Assembly (NCBI RefSeq): GCF_009834535.1
Contig: NC_045696.1
Location: 83,826,001 to 83,890,000, forward strand
Source: Camelus ferus
Lineage: Eukaryota
DNA length: 64,000 nucleotides
Direction: 5' to 3'
Shown here one piece after another: positions 38,946 through 51,130 of the stretch; within the stretch, counting starts at the first letter, position 1, and the number at the start of each line of letters is the position of its first letter. Made by a program: the position numbers and the translations under genes. The notes below the pieces were generated by a model that had not been told where the DNA came from, did not search any database, and worked only from the letters and a program-made list of their open reading frames with translations.

Positions 38946-39711
38946 GCATTTAAGTCATTACATAGACCCAGGGGTGGGATTACTCACTTCCCAAGTCAAA
39001 GTGGGTCTTAAGTTCCATTTTACTTCATTGTCAAGATTTTTGAAAATTGTCACAATAATCTTTGCTCTCCCAAAATTGAAATTTGTAAGTTTGTGCATAT
39101 ATACAAAAGAAAAGGCCATCTTAAATCAAAGGTTAGAAGGAGATGGTTTTTCAAACAAATAATTTGGATTGAGGTGGGGCTTGTGGAGGAGTGACCAGGT
39201 ATTAGTCAGGGAGGAAGGTGTCAGGGAATGGATAGAGCTGTAAAAGGTGAGATTCAAGGTAGCTGGTGAAATCCACTCCCACTACTGAGGCCTCTAGTGG
39301 AAGCCTGGGAGGTGTTGTGGGAAATAAGGGTTATGCCGGTGTTCAAAGGGTAATTAAAAAAAAATTAAAATCATGATTCTCATTCAGATTTTAAAATGAA
39401 CATGTGTTTAAATTTTTTTAACACATTAATGGTGAAACTGGTAAGATGTTACAGTCAATTCAAAGGGAAATCTAAAGAACAGATATATTTCTAAATCAGG
39501 ATTATTAAAATGAACATGCAAATAGAAGCAAAACTAGCTTCTTCTACAGTGAGTGAGGGAAGTCAGTTGGACCTCTATGGAACAGAACTTTTGTGTCATG
39601 TCTACAGACAAAAATTATCCTGCACTGTATCAGTTATTTACAATGCATGGATTTGCAAAATACCTCCCATCAAATTAGAATCAAGTAACACAGAAAGGTG
39701 TGTGCACTAGA

Positions 39712-40115
39712 CAGCAGCCAGGCAAACCCCTGACCACTGGCCAAATTTGGCCCAGAGTTACTTTTTGTAGGGCCTGTAGCTAATAATGTTTTTTTATGTT
39801 TAAAGGGTTGTAAAGTCAAAACAAAAAACCGAACAGCAACGAAGAATAAGCTACAGAGTCAACTGTGGCCCTTATAGAAGTTTAGGGAACCCCTTGTTGA
39901 CCTTTGCTCTAATGCAGAAGTCAGCAAAATATGCCAGTGGGCCAATTCAGAAGGCTGCCTGAGATTTATAAGTAAGGTTTTATTGAAATATAGCCACGTG
40001 CTTTTTTTTTTTAATTTACTGCCTTTGGCTGCTTTTGTGCTACAATGATAGAATTTAGTAATTTCGGCAGAGCAGAGCTGTATCAGGGCCTCCCAGGTCC
40101 TTGATAAGAAAAGTT
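39712..40115. mobile_element. Two adjacent MER58-like DNA transposon fragments
   Basis: ggcaaacccctgaccactggccaaatttggccc; gtcagcaaaatatgccagtgggccaattcag…aaggttttattgaaatatagccacg. Confidence 0.6.
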
Positions 40116-40881
40116 TGTTAGGGCTTCTTAGACAATACATAGCTCTCCCACGAAACACAAATTTATTTCTCTTGGGAAGACTTTTTATTTTTCTTGTCTC
40201 CATTTTTTCCTTCTGTTTCTTTTGCTTGATTTAGCCCATTTTTTTCCTTCCTGCCATACATAATTCTTTCTCATATTTTCCCCACTTTAACTCTTTCTTT
40301 CTCCATTAAATAGCCATAATGTGGAACCAAAATGTAATATTTTAAAAATAATTTATTGAATGAATTTTTAGAGTCCTTCTTAAATCTAAAGTAAAAATAG
40401 ATTTTCTTTATACTCACCACCTCCAATATCCTAAGGGTCTAAATTTGGAAGTTACTTTTCACTATGCTGTAAACATATGTCTGTGGGTCAATGACCCTTA
40501 GAGAAAAGGGCCTTTTACCTGAGAAATGAGAGTCAGGGGACCAGTTAGTTGCCTTCCCTACTCCAGGCAAAACAAGGAACATTTGTTCACATTTCAGTAA
40601 GTGAGAATAGAGAAAGTGACTTAGTATGATCTTCTTTGAACAGCTCTTTACTCCTGCTGGTATGTACATAAAGCAGTGTGAAGTTGAGATTAACTAAAAG
40701 CATAATGTCAGCATTTTGAACTATAAATGTATAAATATAATATGGCATAGATTATATCATATCATAAATATAAAGTGTAATATCACCATTTTTAAAGCCA
40801 CAATATTCCCAAGCAGTGAGGAGATTTACAGGGAAACATTTTCTGTCCCTCTCTCTGCTGATTTTCTTGTCTCCCTAATCC

Positions 40882-41244
40882 TTTTGTTTTTAATTGAAGT
40901 ACAGTCAGTTACAATGTGTCAATTTCTGATGTACTGCATAATGTCCCAGTCATGCATATATACACATATATTCATTTTCATGTTCTTTTTCATTAGTTAT
41001 TACAAGATATTGAATATAGTTCCCTGTGCTATACAGAAGAAATTTGCTTTTTATCTATTTTTATATATAGTGGTTAACATTTGCAAATCTCAAACTCCCA
41101 AATTTATCCCTTCCCACCCTCTTTCCTCTGGTAACCATAAGATTGTTCACTACGTCTGCGAGTCTGTTTCTGTTTTGTAGATGAGTTCATTAATTAGTGT
41201 CCTCTTTTTTCTTTTTCTTTTTTAGATGCCACATATGAGTGATA
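40882..41244 (-). mobile_element. 5'-truncated young L1 3' end with TSD
   Basis: ttaattgaagtacagtcagttacaatgtgtc…gatattgaatatagttccctgtgctatacag…tttagatgccacatatgagtgata. TSD tccctaatcc (40872-40881 / 41245-41254). Explains ORF 40716..41180. Confidence 0.85.
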
Positions 41245-43534
41245 TCCCTAATCCCCTTCTAGCCTTTATTTTATCTTTTTACCCCTATGCATGTCTTAAA
41301 TGTCATTTTCCCCAAAATATCATCCTTGATCCTCTTCTCTTCTGTCTCTGCATTCTACATCTGGGCACTCTCTACTCCTCTCATTTTAACTACCAGCTAA
41401 TGATTCCCAGTCCGTATCTTTAACTGACAAATTTAACTAGAGTTATAGACGTTATATGTATATATGCATAACGCATATATTAAATTGCCATCGCTAGTTC
41501 AGTGTTACTGAGTTGAACTCAACACAGCATCTCCCAGTTCTCCCCATAACCTTTTATTTCTACGTTCTTCCTCATCAAGCATAAACTTAAGAAACAACCC
41601 ACACTCCTTCACCTCTATTTTAAATCAACGTTAAATTGTTTCTATTGCAGGCGAGTATACTGATACCTGCAATTTACCTTGAAATACATAAAAAGATGGA
41701 TAGATGAGTGGATTGAGAAATGAATAAATCAAATATAATAGAATGTCGATTGTAGAATTAGGTGGTGGGTATATGGGTTCTCACTGTAAAAGACTTTAAA
41801 CATTTTTGTGTGTTTCAAAATTTTTTCATTAAATATGTTAGGAAAAAAATTCTTCCAGTTTGCCCTCAAAATATCTTTAGTGACTACCACTGTTTTAGCC
41901 TAGACACTCATTATCTCTCACCTATACTATCATCTTTGCCCCTGTGGGGTACTCCTAAAGGACAGTTGCCTAAAATGCTCACACTCGCAGTGTAGTCTGC
42001 AGACCAATAAGCAGCCAGCACACCACTTGGAAGCTTGTTGGAAATGCAGGTCCCACCAGATGTATTAAATGAGAATTCACAGTTAAGAAGATCCCTAAGC
42101 AATTTTTATAAACTTTTAAGTTTATGTGCTATGATAACCTTATCCTATGTCATCCCCTTGTCTCAAACCCTTCAGTGGCTCCATGTTGCTTATGGGGTGA
42201 TGTCTAAGACCTTTAGCATGGTAACCAATTACGAACATTTTGAAAATTTCCAGGCCACATGTGTCTTGTCTCATCCTGTTACCCCTTTCTGTAACATTCT
42301 CCCATACCTTAACTCATAGCCTAACTGTCCTATCTGTCCTTCAAGATGATTTAGTCCAAGTTACTTTCTTGTTATTTTGGCAATATCTCCATTGTATCCG
42401 TATATTGTAATTTTTTGAAATAAGAAGGTGTCTGTTAGTTTTCCCACTAGGCTGTGAATCTCAGAAACCAGAAAATGTATCTTATTCATGATTACATTCC
42501 CAAGTAGTAGCACAGTTCTTATTGCAGATACGAGCTATTTAATAAACGCCTATTGAACTTTAACCCCAAAAAAGGTGACTGTTTCTGAAGATGTGTAATT
42601 CAGTGTGGAGTAGTGGTTCAGTAAGAGATTGCTGTTAGATAAGCAAACAAGTAAACACAAATTTTATTTTAGCTGTGCTCATTTAGCTGTACCTACCTAC
42701 TCTAAGTTCTTATGTTTACTTTCCAGATCTCTGAATTTATTCACAATAAAATAGCTATTTCATTAAATGTGTATTCTGAATTACAAATGAAAAAGCCATG
42801 GAAATTCACTCACTATATATTTACTGAGTGTCTGTTAGAACAGGGCTAGTCTTATTGAGATGTAATATTGCCTTTGTTGCACTTAAAGAGATCTTATAAG
42901 TGCTTGTTTTCCAAAAGTTATAGCAATTATATTTTACCAGTTTTCGTGCATGATAGATGAAAGCACCATGTCATATTTATCAACAAAAGCAATGAAATGT
43001 CATTTAGCTATTCATTGGGCAATCAGTCATCTGTCAACAAAGCATAATTCAAATCTCATTTTGACTTTTGCCTGTGAGATTATTACAACTAAATAGAAAA
43101 TTAAATACTTTTTCTGTGTACCTTTTTAGTAGAGTAGATCAGAGTAAAAGAACAAAAAGACTAACAATTCTTATCATGGACCATGAAAAAAAAAATTCTT
43201 CCAGTTTAAGCCCTAATCCCATTAATCCTCCAATAAAAAGCAGTTTTTAGCCATAGTAGTAAAATAATAAGATATGTATTTTTAATTTAAATATAAGTAT
43301 GTTGGCAGGATTCATCTAACATTGAAATAATATTTTAGATGCCAATTACACAGTGCTAAGTAAGCTAATTATGATTTTATATAGAACTAACAAACTAATA
43401 AAGTGAGAAATGGAAAGTCTTCCTTCCACAGTATTTATTATATTATTATATATAATATTTATTGAGCTGTTACATTGAATGAAACATTGTGCTATGCTAC
43501 GTTCCAGGAATACAAAGATTAAAGCATCCCTTCC

Positions 43535-45800
43535 TTTATTCATTTTGCAAATATTCAGCACTTTCTACATGTTTTAAGCCTTGGAGATACAGCATTTAAT
43601 GGCAAAGTGCCTGTGCTCTTGGAGTTTATATCTTGGTGCGTGAGACAGAGAAGCAGACAAATGAGTAAGGAGTATAGTTAGAGTTAGGTGCTCTGAAAAG
43701 GATAAGACAGGGAAATGGCAGAGTATATAAGATTAGGGAGCAGGGCTAGGATGCTATTTTAGGTAGAATAGCCAGGAAAATCCCTAGAAGGCAACATTTG
43801 AACAGAGAGCTGAAGCGGCTGGAAAAGTGAGCAATGTAAAGGTTAGGAGTGGGGAGAGGTATTCCAGGCAGAGAGCACAGCACATGGAGAAGCTCTAAGA
43901 TGAGACAGAGCTTGGAGTGCTTACAGCAAAGAAAAAGGCAAAGTGAACTGGAACACAAGGGACCAGGTACAGTGCAGTAGGACGTAAGGTCAGGAAGGGA
44001 CAGGATCTGAGTGTCGTATGATGAGTTTGGATTTTATTTAAAATATCCTGGGAAACCATTCAAGAAATTTAAGCATGAAAAGTTTGTGAAATGATTCCCT
44101 TCTTAGAAAAATCACTCCTTCTATTGTGTGGAGAAGGATCTGCAGAGAAACAAATGGAAGCAAGGAGTTTGGTTAAAAGGCCATGATGGCAGTTCTGGAA
44201 ATAAATAGTGATGTCTCAGATTTCTCTCCATGTAGGCAGAGACAGGTGGGTGGATTGGAGAGATATTGTAAAGGTAAAGCTGATAGGATTTGTGTTTGAT
44301 TTAGATGTAAGGAAATTAGAATAATCAAAGAAGAGTCCTGTGTTTAGATGATGAAGTGAGTAGTGTATAGTGAGTTAAGATGACAGAGGAGGCAGAAGTT
44401 TGTGGGGAAATTGAGATGATATATGATGCCCCTTACACATCAAAGTGGAAAGGCCGAGGACACTGTGATATGTACAACTGGAGCTCAGAGGGCTATAAGT
44501 ACAAATTCGAGAGTAATTTGCACATAGATAACGTTTGAAGCCTAGGGGATAGATGGCATCGCCTGAGGAATAAATAAATAAAAGAAGAAGGCTGAGCGCT
44601 GACCCAAGTCACCATTCTAGAGCCAATGAGGAAGACTGAGAAGGTGCGGCCAGTGATCTAGGGGAAAACCCAGGAAGCGGATCAGGTTCAGGGGCATGTG
44701 ACCTGTGCCTCCCACTCAGAAGGGCCCCATACTTGGTTGCCCAGCTGCCACCAATTCTTAATAATTTTATCTTTGAACTTGTGTTTTGTAGATGAAATTT
44801 GTTGGGACAATGGAATGTGCAAGTGAGGAGAGAAGATACACACAGTATGTGTATCCACCATTCCTTGATACCCCATTCATATTCCTGATACTCAGTGAGC
44901 ACAGAGTTCCAGGGGACCAGTGATGGTTGGGTGTGCAGTGAAACTCAAAGCGAGTACAGGTAAGCGTATTCCACCTACAACAGAATGAGGGGTGGTGTTG
45001 GTGCTGACAGCCTCGAGAGGCTGTGCTTTCTGTTCAAACCAGAATTTGCTTTCAGAGCAGACAGAAGGCAATGATAATCTAAAATATGAGCAACCGAAGA
45101 ACCCTATCCTATCCTTTCTTACTTGTTACTTCCCTGTATTAGCCACCCACTTACACTGAAAACGGTAACACAGAGGGAAAGGGAAAGACAGAGGATCCCA
45201 TAAAGCCTTTTCCTTTCTCAGTCCTTTCTCATTTATTAGCCAAAGATAGAGAGTATTGATAGAATGCATGCATTTCAAGAAGGGAAATAAAAATAATTGA
45301 ATTAGTCTTGTGCAGCATTTTCACTGTTCTGAGAAGAATCAAATATATATGCATGCATGGGCTATAAAATATGAATTGTGTAATTCATATGACTAAAATG
45401 CTCACATTTTCATTAAATCTGGCATTGAATAATATAAAGTTGAATGGTAAAATTCACGTTGATGATTTAAATTCTAAATTTTTCTTTATTTATGAACAAC
45501 ATTGAAAGCAAATAAAAAAAACAGTATGACAAGCTGAGGAAGAGACAGTGGAAGAAAGGAAAAAGCTTTGTGATTTACTACCTTAGGGCATTGTTTTCCT
45601 TGCATTTTGAACCAGGGAGCCCACATTTTCATCTTGCTCTGGGCCCGCAAACTGTGTAGCTGGTCCCGCTGGGGGAATATGGCATCCTGGAAGCCAAGTG
45701 AAGAAAGCGCTTCCAGGAGGAGGGAAGGGTCTGTCAACCATGTCAAATGCTGCTGAGAACTGAGAGAGATAAGGACAGAAAATCAATCACTACCTTTGGC
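43535..45800 (+). mobile_element. L2 LINE interrupted by MER45-type element
   Basis: L2 3' end (ttattcattttgcaaatattcagcact…) running to gaaaacccagga and resuming at ggaagccaagtgaagaaag…gtcaaccatgtcaaatgctgctgaga. Confidence 0.75.
44677..45669 (+). mobile_element. MER45B-like hAT-Tip100 DNA transposon
   Basis: 5' ttcaggggcatgtgacctgtgc…ctcagaagggcccc…attcttaataatttt; 3' gcccacattttcatcttgctctgggcccgcaaactgtgtagctggtccc; degenerate TIRs. Confidence 0.8.
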
Positions 45801-46347
45801 ATGGAGACTATCCAGTTAAAGTCAACTCTGCCAGTTTAGATGCTCAGGTATATGTATGTAATAGTTTAACAATAGTAATAAATAAAGGCGGAGATTTATA
45901 CACTCTTTTTTATGTGATGTTTTTATTTAAATATATTAGCTTTATTTATTCTAATTAGGTTTCAAGAGTAAATTAGCATTTGTTCAATGATAAAATGGAA
46001 TTGACCTAAAACTGAAACAATTTCAGACATGTAATTAAATTATATACTGTTTATAACTTCTGTTGGGGCAAGTTAAAAAATACTATTTTATTTTTCTTTC
46101 TTCTTTTTCTTTTCATTCTGTTTTTATTTTTCTCCTTTACTTTGAAGATACCTACACTAAACGGAGTAACTTATTATTAGATCAAATTTGACCCTAAAAA
46201 ATAGTTTGTTAAATAAAAATCTGTACGTTTCCTACTTTGCTGGCAACATAAAAAATGTAGATGAACTACAATGACCAACATTTTGCCCTCCCCTGTATTA
46301 TTTACATAAAAATAAAATTTTCTAGTTCATTATATAATAGCTTAAGT

Positions 46348-46366
46348 CAGCCACTAGATGGCAGAT
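46348..46366 (+). promoter_or_regulatory. CTCF motif
   Basis: cagCCACTAGATGGCAGat matches the CTCF core CCASYAGRKGGCRS without mismatch. Confidence 0.7.
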
Positions 46367-48339
46367 GTTACCGTAGTCAACAAAGCCTTTCATGAAAGGA
46401 AACTGGTTATAAAGTCATTTAAAATTTTAAGTTGTGGAAACATAAAATCCTATTGATTCATCCTCTTCGTCCTTACTGCTCTTGAAGAACTCATTCTGAG
46501 GTCTTGATTTCTATGACTATTTTCCTTGCCTGGAGATGGAAGGATTAAAGCTTTCCCCTATATGTATACAAGATGGATGATTCAGAAGGCAATCAACTCC
46601 ATATAATATAAAATTAAATCACAAAACTGAGTAACAAATTGCACTTAAATGACTATGAAGATGAATGGCAATGTTGTACTGGAATGTTTTCAACCAAGGC
46701 CAAACTGATAACCACAGTGATTCTACATCTTATATCTTACAAAGAAGGATGTGACTTAAAGATCACAAAGCAAAGCTAATATATTTACTGCTATGTTAAA
46801 CTTGTTATATCACGTTAAAAAAAACTTTGATAAATTATTTGTTCATTTGATCACTATTTTGGTTATTTATTCCTTATATGGCAGTTCCAATTGAAGAGTA
46901 CAGTGAGGAGGAAGAAACCTGAGCTGTTAGAATAATGTAATACGGCAGTGTTTAATTTTGTCTCCCAAGTATAAAAATTGAATTCCAGAATCCTGAGATT
47001 ATAATTCTAATTAACCAAATTCCTTTTGTGGAATTGCATATTACTTACATTTTGAATGATAACTTGAAATACATTTAAGCAAATACGAACCTTTGTAAAT
47101 TTATAATTTTCCTAAGATAATATACTAATCTTCAGTTACGATAAAGGGAATTTTTCCGTTTGATAATTTTGTGAACATTTCATTAAGATAGCTGTGGATA
47201 TTCTGCAGTATTTCACACCAAGCATCTTTTTTGGGGGAGGGTAAATACTGAAAAAATAGGAATTAATATATTGGGAAATTTCGGAATTTAAAAATAAAGA
47301 GTCAGAGTCAGAAAATAAACCATATTCCCTACTGGAACGCTCCATCACTCCAGACACTCTTTCCTTTGTCATTCCATGATATGCACTCTTTCCTTGGTTT
47401 TCCTCCCACCTCTCTGCCTGCCGCTTCTCAGTCTCTCCCCTGGGTTCCTCTTCTGCCTTCTTGAATTCTTTTGCTCTCAGCATTTTTCTTATCTCTCTTC
47501 ACTGTTGCTCTACCCACTTTTTAGCATTTAATTTATTCCCAGTGTTCCAACTACATTGAATAATTGGTTTTCTCCCAATCCCAGGAGAAACATCACACAG
47601 GGATTATATTTAAGTTCTGGCATTAGGCTGCCTGGGCTCAAACACTAGTTTGACCACTTAATGGTTAGCTGATATTAATCAATTACGTAACCTCATTCTC
47701 TTAATTTTCTGTCCTGGAATTTGAGAATGATAATAATCCTTAGATATAGTTAAGTTAGATTCATGTAATGTACTTAGCACAGTGTGTAGCAAAAAGTAAG
47801 GACCTAATAAGGATTCCATCTAGGACTTTTTCTCAGAAAATAGAGCGATATCCACTGGAGGTCCTCACTCAGATGTCTTTAAAGAAACTTTAAAGTGATA
47901 GATCTAAATCTTACAAATCAATATATTACCACCCGTAAATCAGTTCTCTTTCTTAAATTCCCTGCTTAAGTTATTAATAGCAATAATGTTATCTAATTTT
48001 ATCTCTCTAATCTATTCTTTCACCTTTATTCAGTCTCTATATCCTGTTGCCTCTACCTGGTAAATATCACCTGGGGTGATTAATTCCCTCTGGTTAATCC
48101 ATCCTCTTTTATTCACTGAGGAAATATATTGTCAACTGTAATGGGATCTGCAGACAGAGCAATGAAGAAGATGGGTAGTATACAGTACTGGGGAAGGCTG
48201 ACATGAAACAGAGAAATTACAAGTAACTCCTATCTTAGTTAACTCCTATCACATCAGTAATTTCTTGCCTAGATTTCTCTCCACAATTTCTATCAAAATT
48301 TGCCAGAAGTTATCTTTAAAACACAAATCTGTGTCTTAA

Positions 48340-49880
48340 AATATTAACCAAAATAATCCAACAGCAGTTTTTAAAAAATAGGTATGACTAAATTGGTTTT
48401 ATTTGAAGACTGTAAGAGTGATCCAATATTAGGAAATCCACTATTATAACTCATTATACTAATGAACTAAGAAGAAAAATCATGTGATTATCTCCATAGA
48501 AGCAGTAGATACACTAAACAAAAATGTAACACCCATTCAGATTAAAAATACTCAGTAAACTTCCTTAGTGTATTACAATATACTTGCCTCATCCCAAAAG
48601 CTGGGAAGACTTTAATGTTTAATATTTAATGTTGTAGTGTTTTTTCTCTAAAGTCAAGAACAAGGGTACCTACCATATTTATAATATTTAGCGTTATGTT
48701 GCAGATACTAACCAATGCAATTAGACATGAGGAAGTAATTCTGGAACATTAATAGGAAACAAAGAGATAAAACTATATTTATTAAGAGAAGATATGATTA
48801 TATACCTGGAAAATTCAAAGAATCCATGTAAAAATACAGTAATCAATAAAGGAATTTGAATAATGTAAAAAGTTTTAAAATAAGGATATAAAAATTAATA
48901 GCATATATGTATATATGTTTATAAACCCATACATAAACATATGTGTATAAACAAAACAATATAAATTTAAAGAGAAAACCCCATTTGTGATAGAAAATAA
49001 GAAAAGAGAAAAAAGGCTTTAACATAAACTTAACAAAAATGTCCAAAACTTATATGAACAAAACTGGAAATTACTTTTGAAAAAAACTAGATCTTAATGA
49101 ATGGAAAGACATATCAATCTGGGAAGGGAAGAGAGAGACCAGTATCATAAAGATGTCATTTCTCCCTAACTTAAGGAATGGGAGAAATAATCGTATCAGA
49201 TTTGTTTACAGTACTATAAAACCTCTATATTTCAAATAATTTGATATTACCCCTTGAATAGGCAGACAAACCAAACGGAAAAATAGAAAATCCAGAAATA
49301 GATCCAATTGCATATGGAAATTCAGTATAGGTGGCATCACACATCACTGGGTAAAAGATGGACTTTTAAATAAATGTTGTTGTGATGCCTGGGTAGCCAT
49401 ATGGAGAAAAATTAAATTGGATCCATTTCTTATACCATAAGCCAGGATAAATTCCCAACAGATCATATATTTAAATCAAAGGTATAAAAAAGAACCATGC
49501 ATATATTTGAAAAACCGCTTGTGAATTTCTTTATTATCAGGGTATAGAAACATTCTTAAATATGACTCAAAATCTAGAAGCAATAAAAGAAAAGATTGAC
49601 AAATTTTATTATATTATATAAAATTAACATTTTTTCTGCAGTAAAAATATAGCATACCATACACACAGTAAAAAATACAAATGACAGCCTGAGGAAAAAA
49701 ATATTTGCAATGTATATACCAGAAAGTAATGCTAATATATAATACAAAGGTATCTCTAATACATAAAGAACCTCTAAAAACTGAGATGAAAAAGGCCAAG
49801 AACTGATCTGCAGAAAATTCATAGAAAAAGAAATGCAAATTGCTCTAAACTGTATGAAGCATTGCCCAACCTCACCCACG
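48340..49880 (+). mobile_element. Old L1 ORF2 fragment
   Basis: aatcatgtgattatctccatagaagcag; aaaatagaaaatccagaaatagatcca; aaattggatccatttcttatacca; tctagaagcaataaaagaaaagattgacaaattt. Confidence 0.85.
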
Positions 49881-50607
49881 AGGTGATAGTTGTTCACTGG
49901 GTGATGGAAACATGAGTGTTCATTACATACGTGTGTATCCAAATCTGATCATGTAATTCGTCTGATGAAGAAGTTCAGGTGACTTCTCCCAGCCTATAGG
50001 ATAAAGTCCTAACTTCTTAGCATGGCATTTAAGACTTTTTAGAATCAGTTCTGCTGAGTTGTTTCACCAAATCCCTCACCATTACTCAACTCCACAACAT
50101 TATGTTGTGATCACATCAAAAGTTTTGTTCGTCCCCAAACATGGCATGTCATTTTTCGTATGTCCCTGCCCTTGCAACATGCTATTTCCTCTACCCACAG
50201 TGCCCTTTTCTCTGTCCTCTGCTTGGCAAAATTCTGCCAGTTCTTCAAAATATACTCAAAGTTCACATATCTGAACTTGCTTGCTCCTCTGAGTTCCCAT
50301 GACACTTTCCAGAGGCATCTATTAAAACCCTTCTTACACAAGCTGGTCGTGTCTGGCTCTCGCGTGTGCCTTTGCCACGAATATACGGCACTTCCTTGCC
50401 CCAGTTTCTTTTGTATTTCCAGCACTTAGCACGATGCCTGGCCCGAAGAGGCATGTGATACATTTGTTGAATCATATAATTTTTATGCACTTGCCAAAAA
50501 GACTTTAACATTTCTTATACAAATCTTTCAGGACAGATGTCAAGGGGAATAGAAGCTAGAAAATAGATGTCTTGCAGATTTTGTTTACTTAGCACTCTGA
50601 GTTTTGG

Positions 50608-50739
50608 CTATTAGTCAGGACTCTTAGTTAAAGAACAAAGATTCAGCTTAAACAAGCTCTACAGATAGGCAGTTTATTTGCTCTGAAAGACAAACCTTGA
50701 AAAGCAGATTTAGCCTCAGAGACAGTGGATCTCTCTTTG

Positions 50740-50774
<35 letters not shown>

Positions 50775-51130
50775 AACATACACACACACACACACACACC
50801 CCTTCCCATTTCTGATTGCTGTCTTCATCATCTTAGGCCTGTGATCTCCATCTTAGGAACTGGTAGCAGATAGCTCTGGGCTTATATTATTACAGTCTAG
50901 TAACTAGCGAGGAACAAAGCTATTTCCTGCCAGCGTCAGTTAGAAAAATTCCATGAAAGTAGTCCAATTGACCTGAGTCCTACATCTGTCCCTCAGCTAA
51001 TTTCCATGACTAGAAAGGTGAAGTATGAGATTGACCCCAGTCTGGCACCCATGCCCCATCCTTGGGGTGGGAAAATGTGATTGACAGCCCCCATGAGGAC
51101 CCTATTTTGGAATAAGAGAGGAGTAGCTCC
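50608..51130. mobile_element. MLT1-type LTR remnant containing a (CT)n(CA)n microsatellite (50739-50799)
   Basis: tattagtcaggactcttagtt start; gatagctctgggcttatatt; internal compound microsatellite. Confidence 0.5.

Noticed and set aside
40716..41180. Longest ORF (154 aa)
   Set aside because: Mostly antisense L1 3' UTR sequence.
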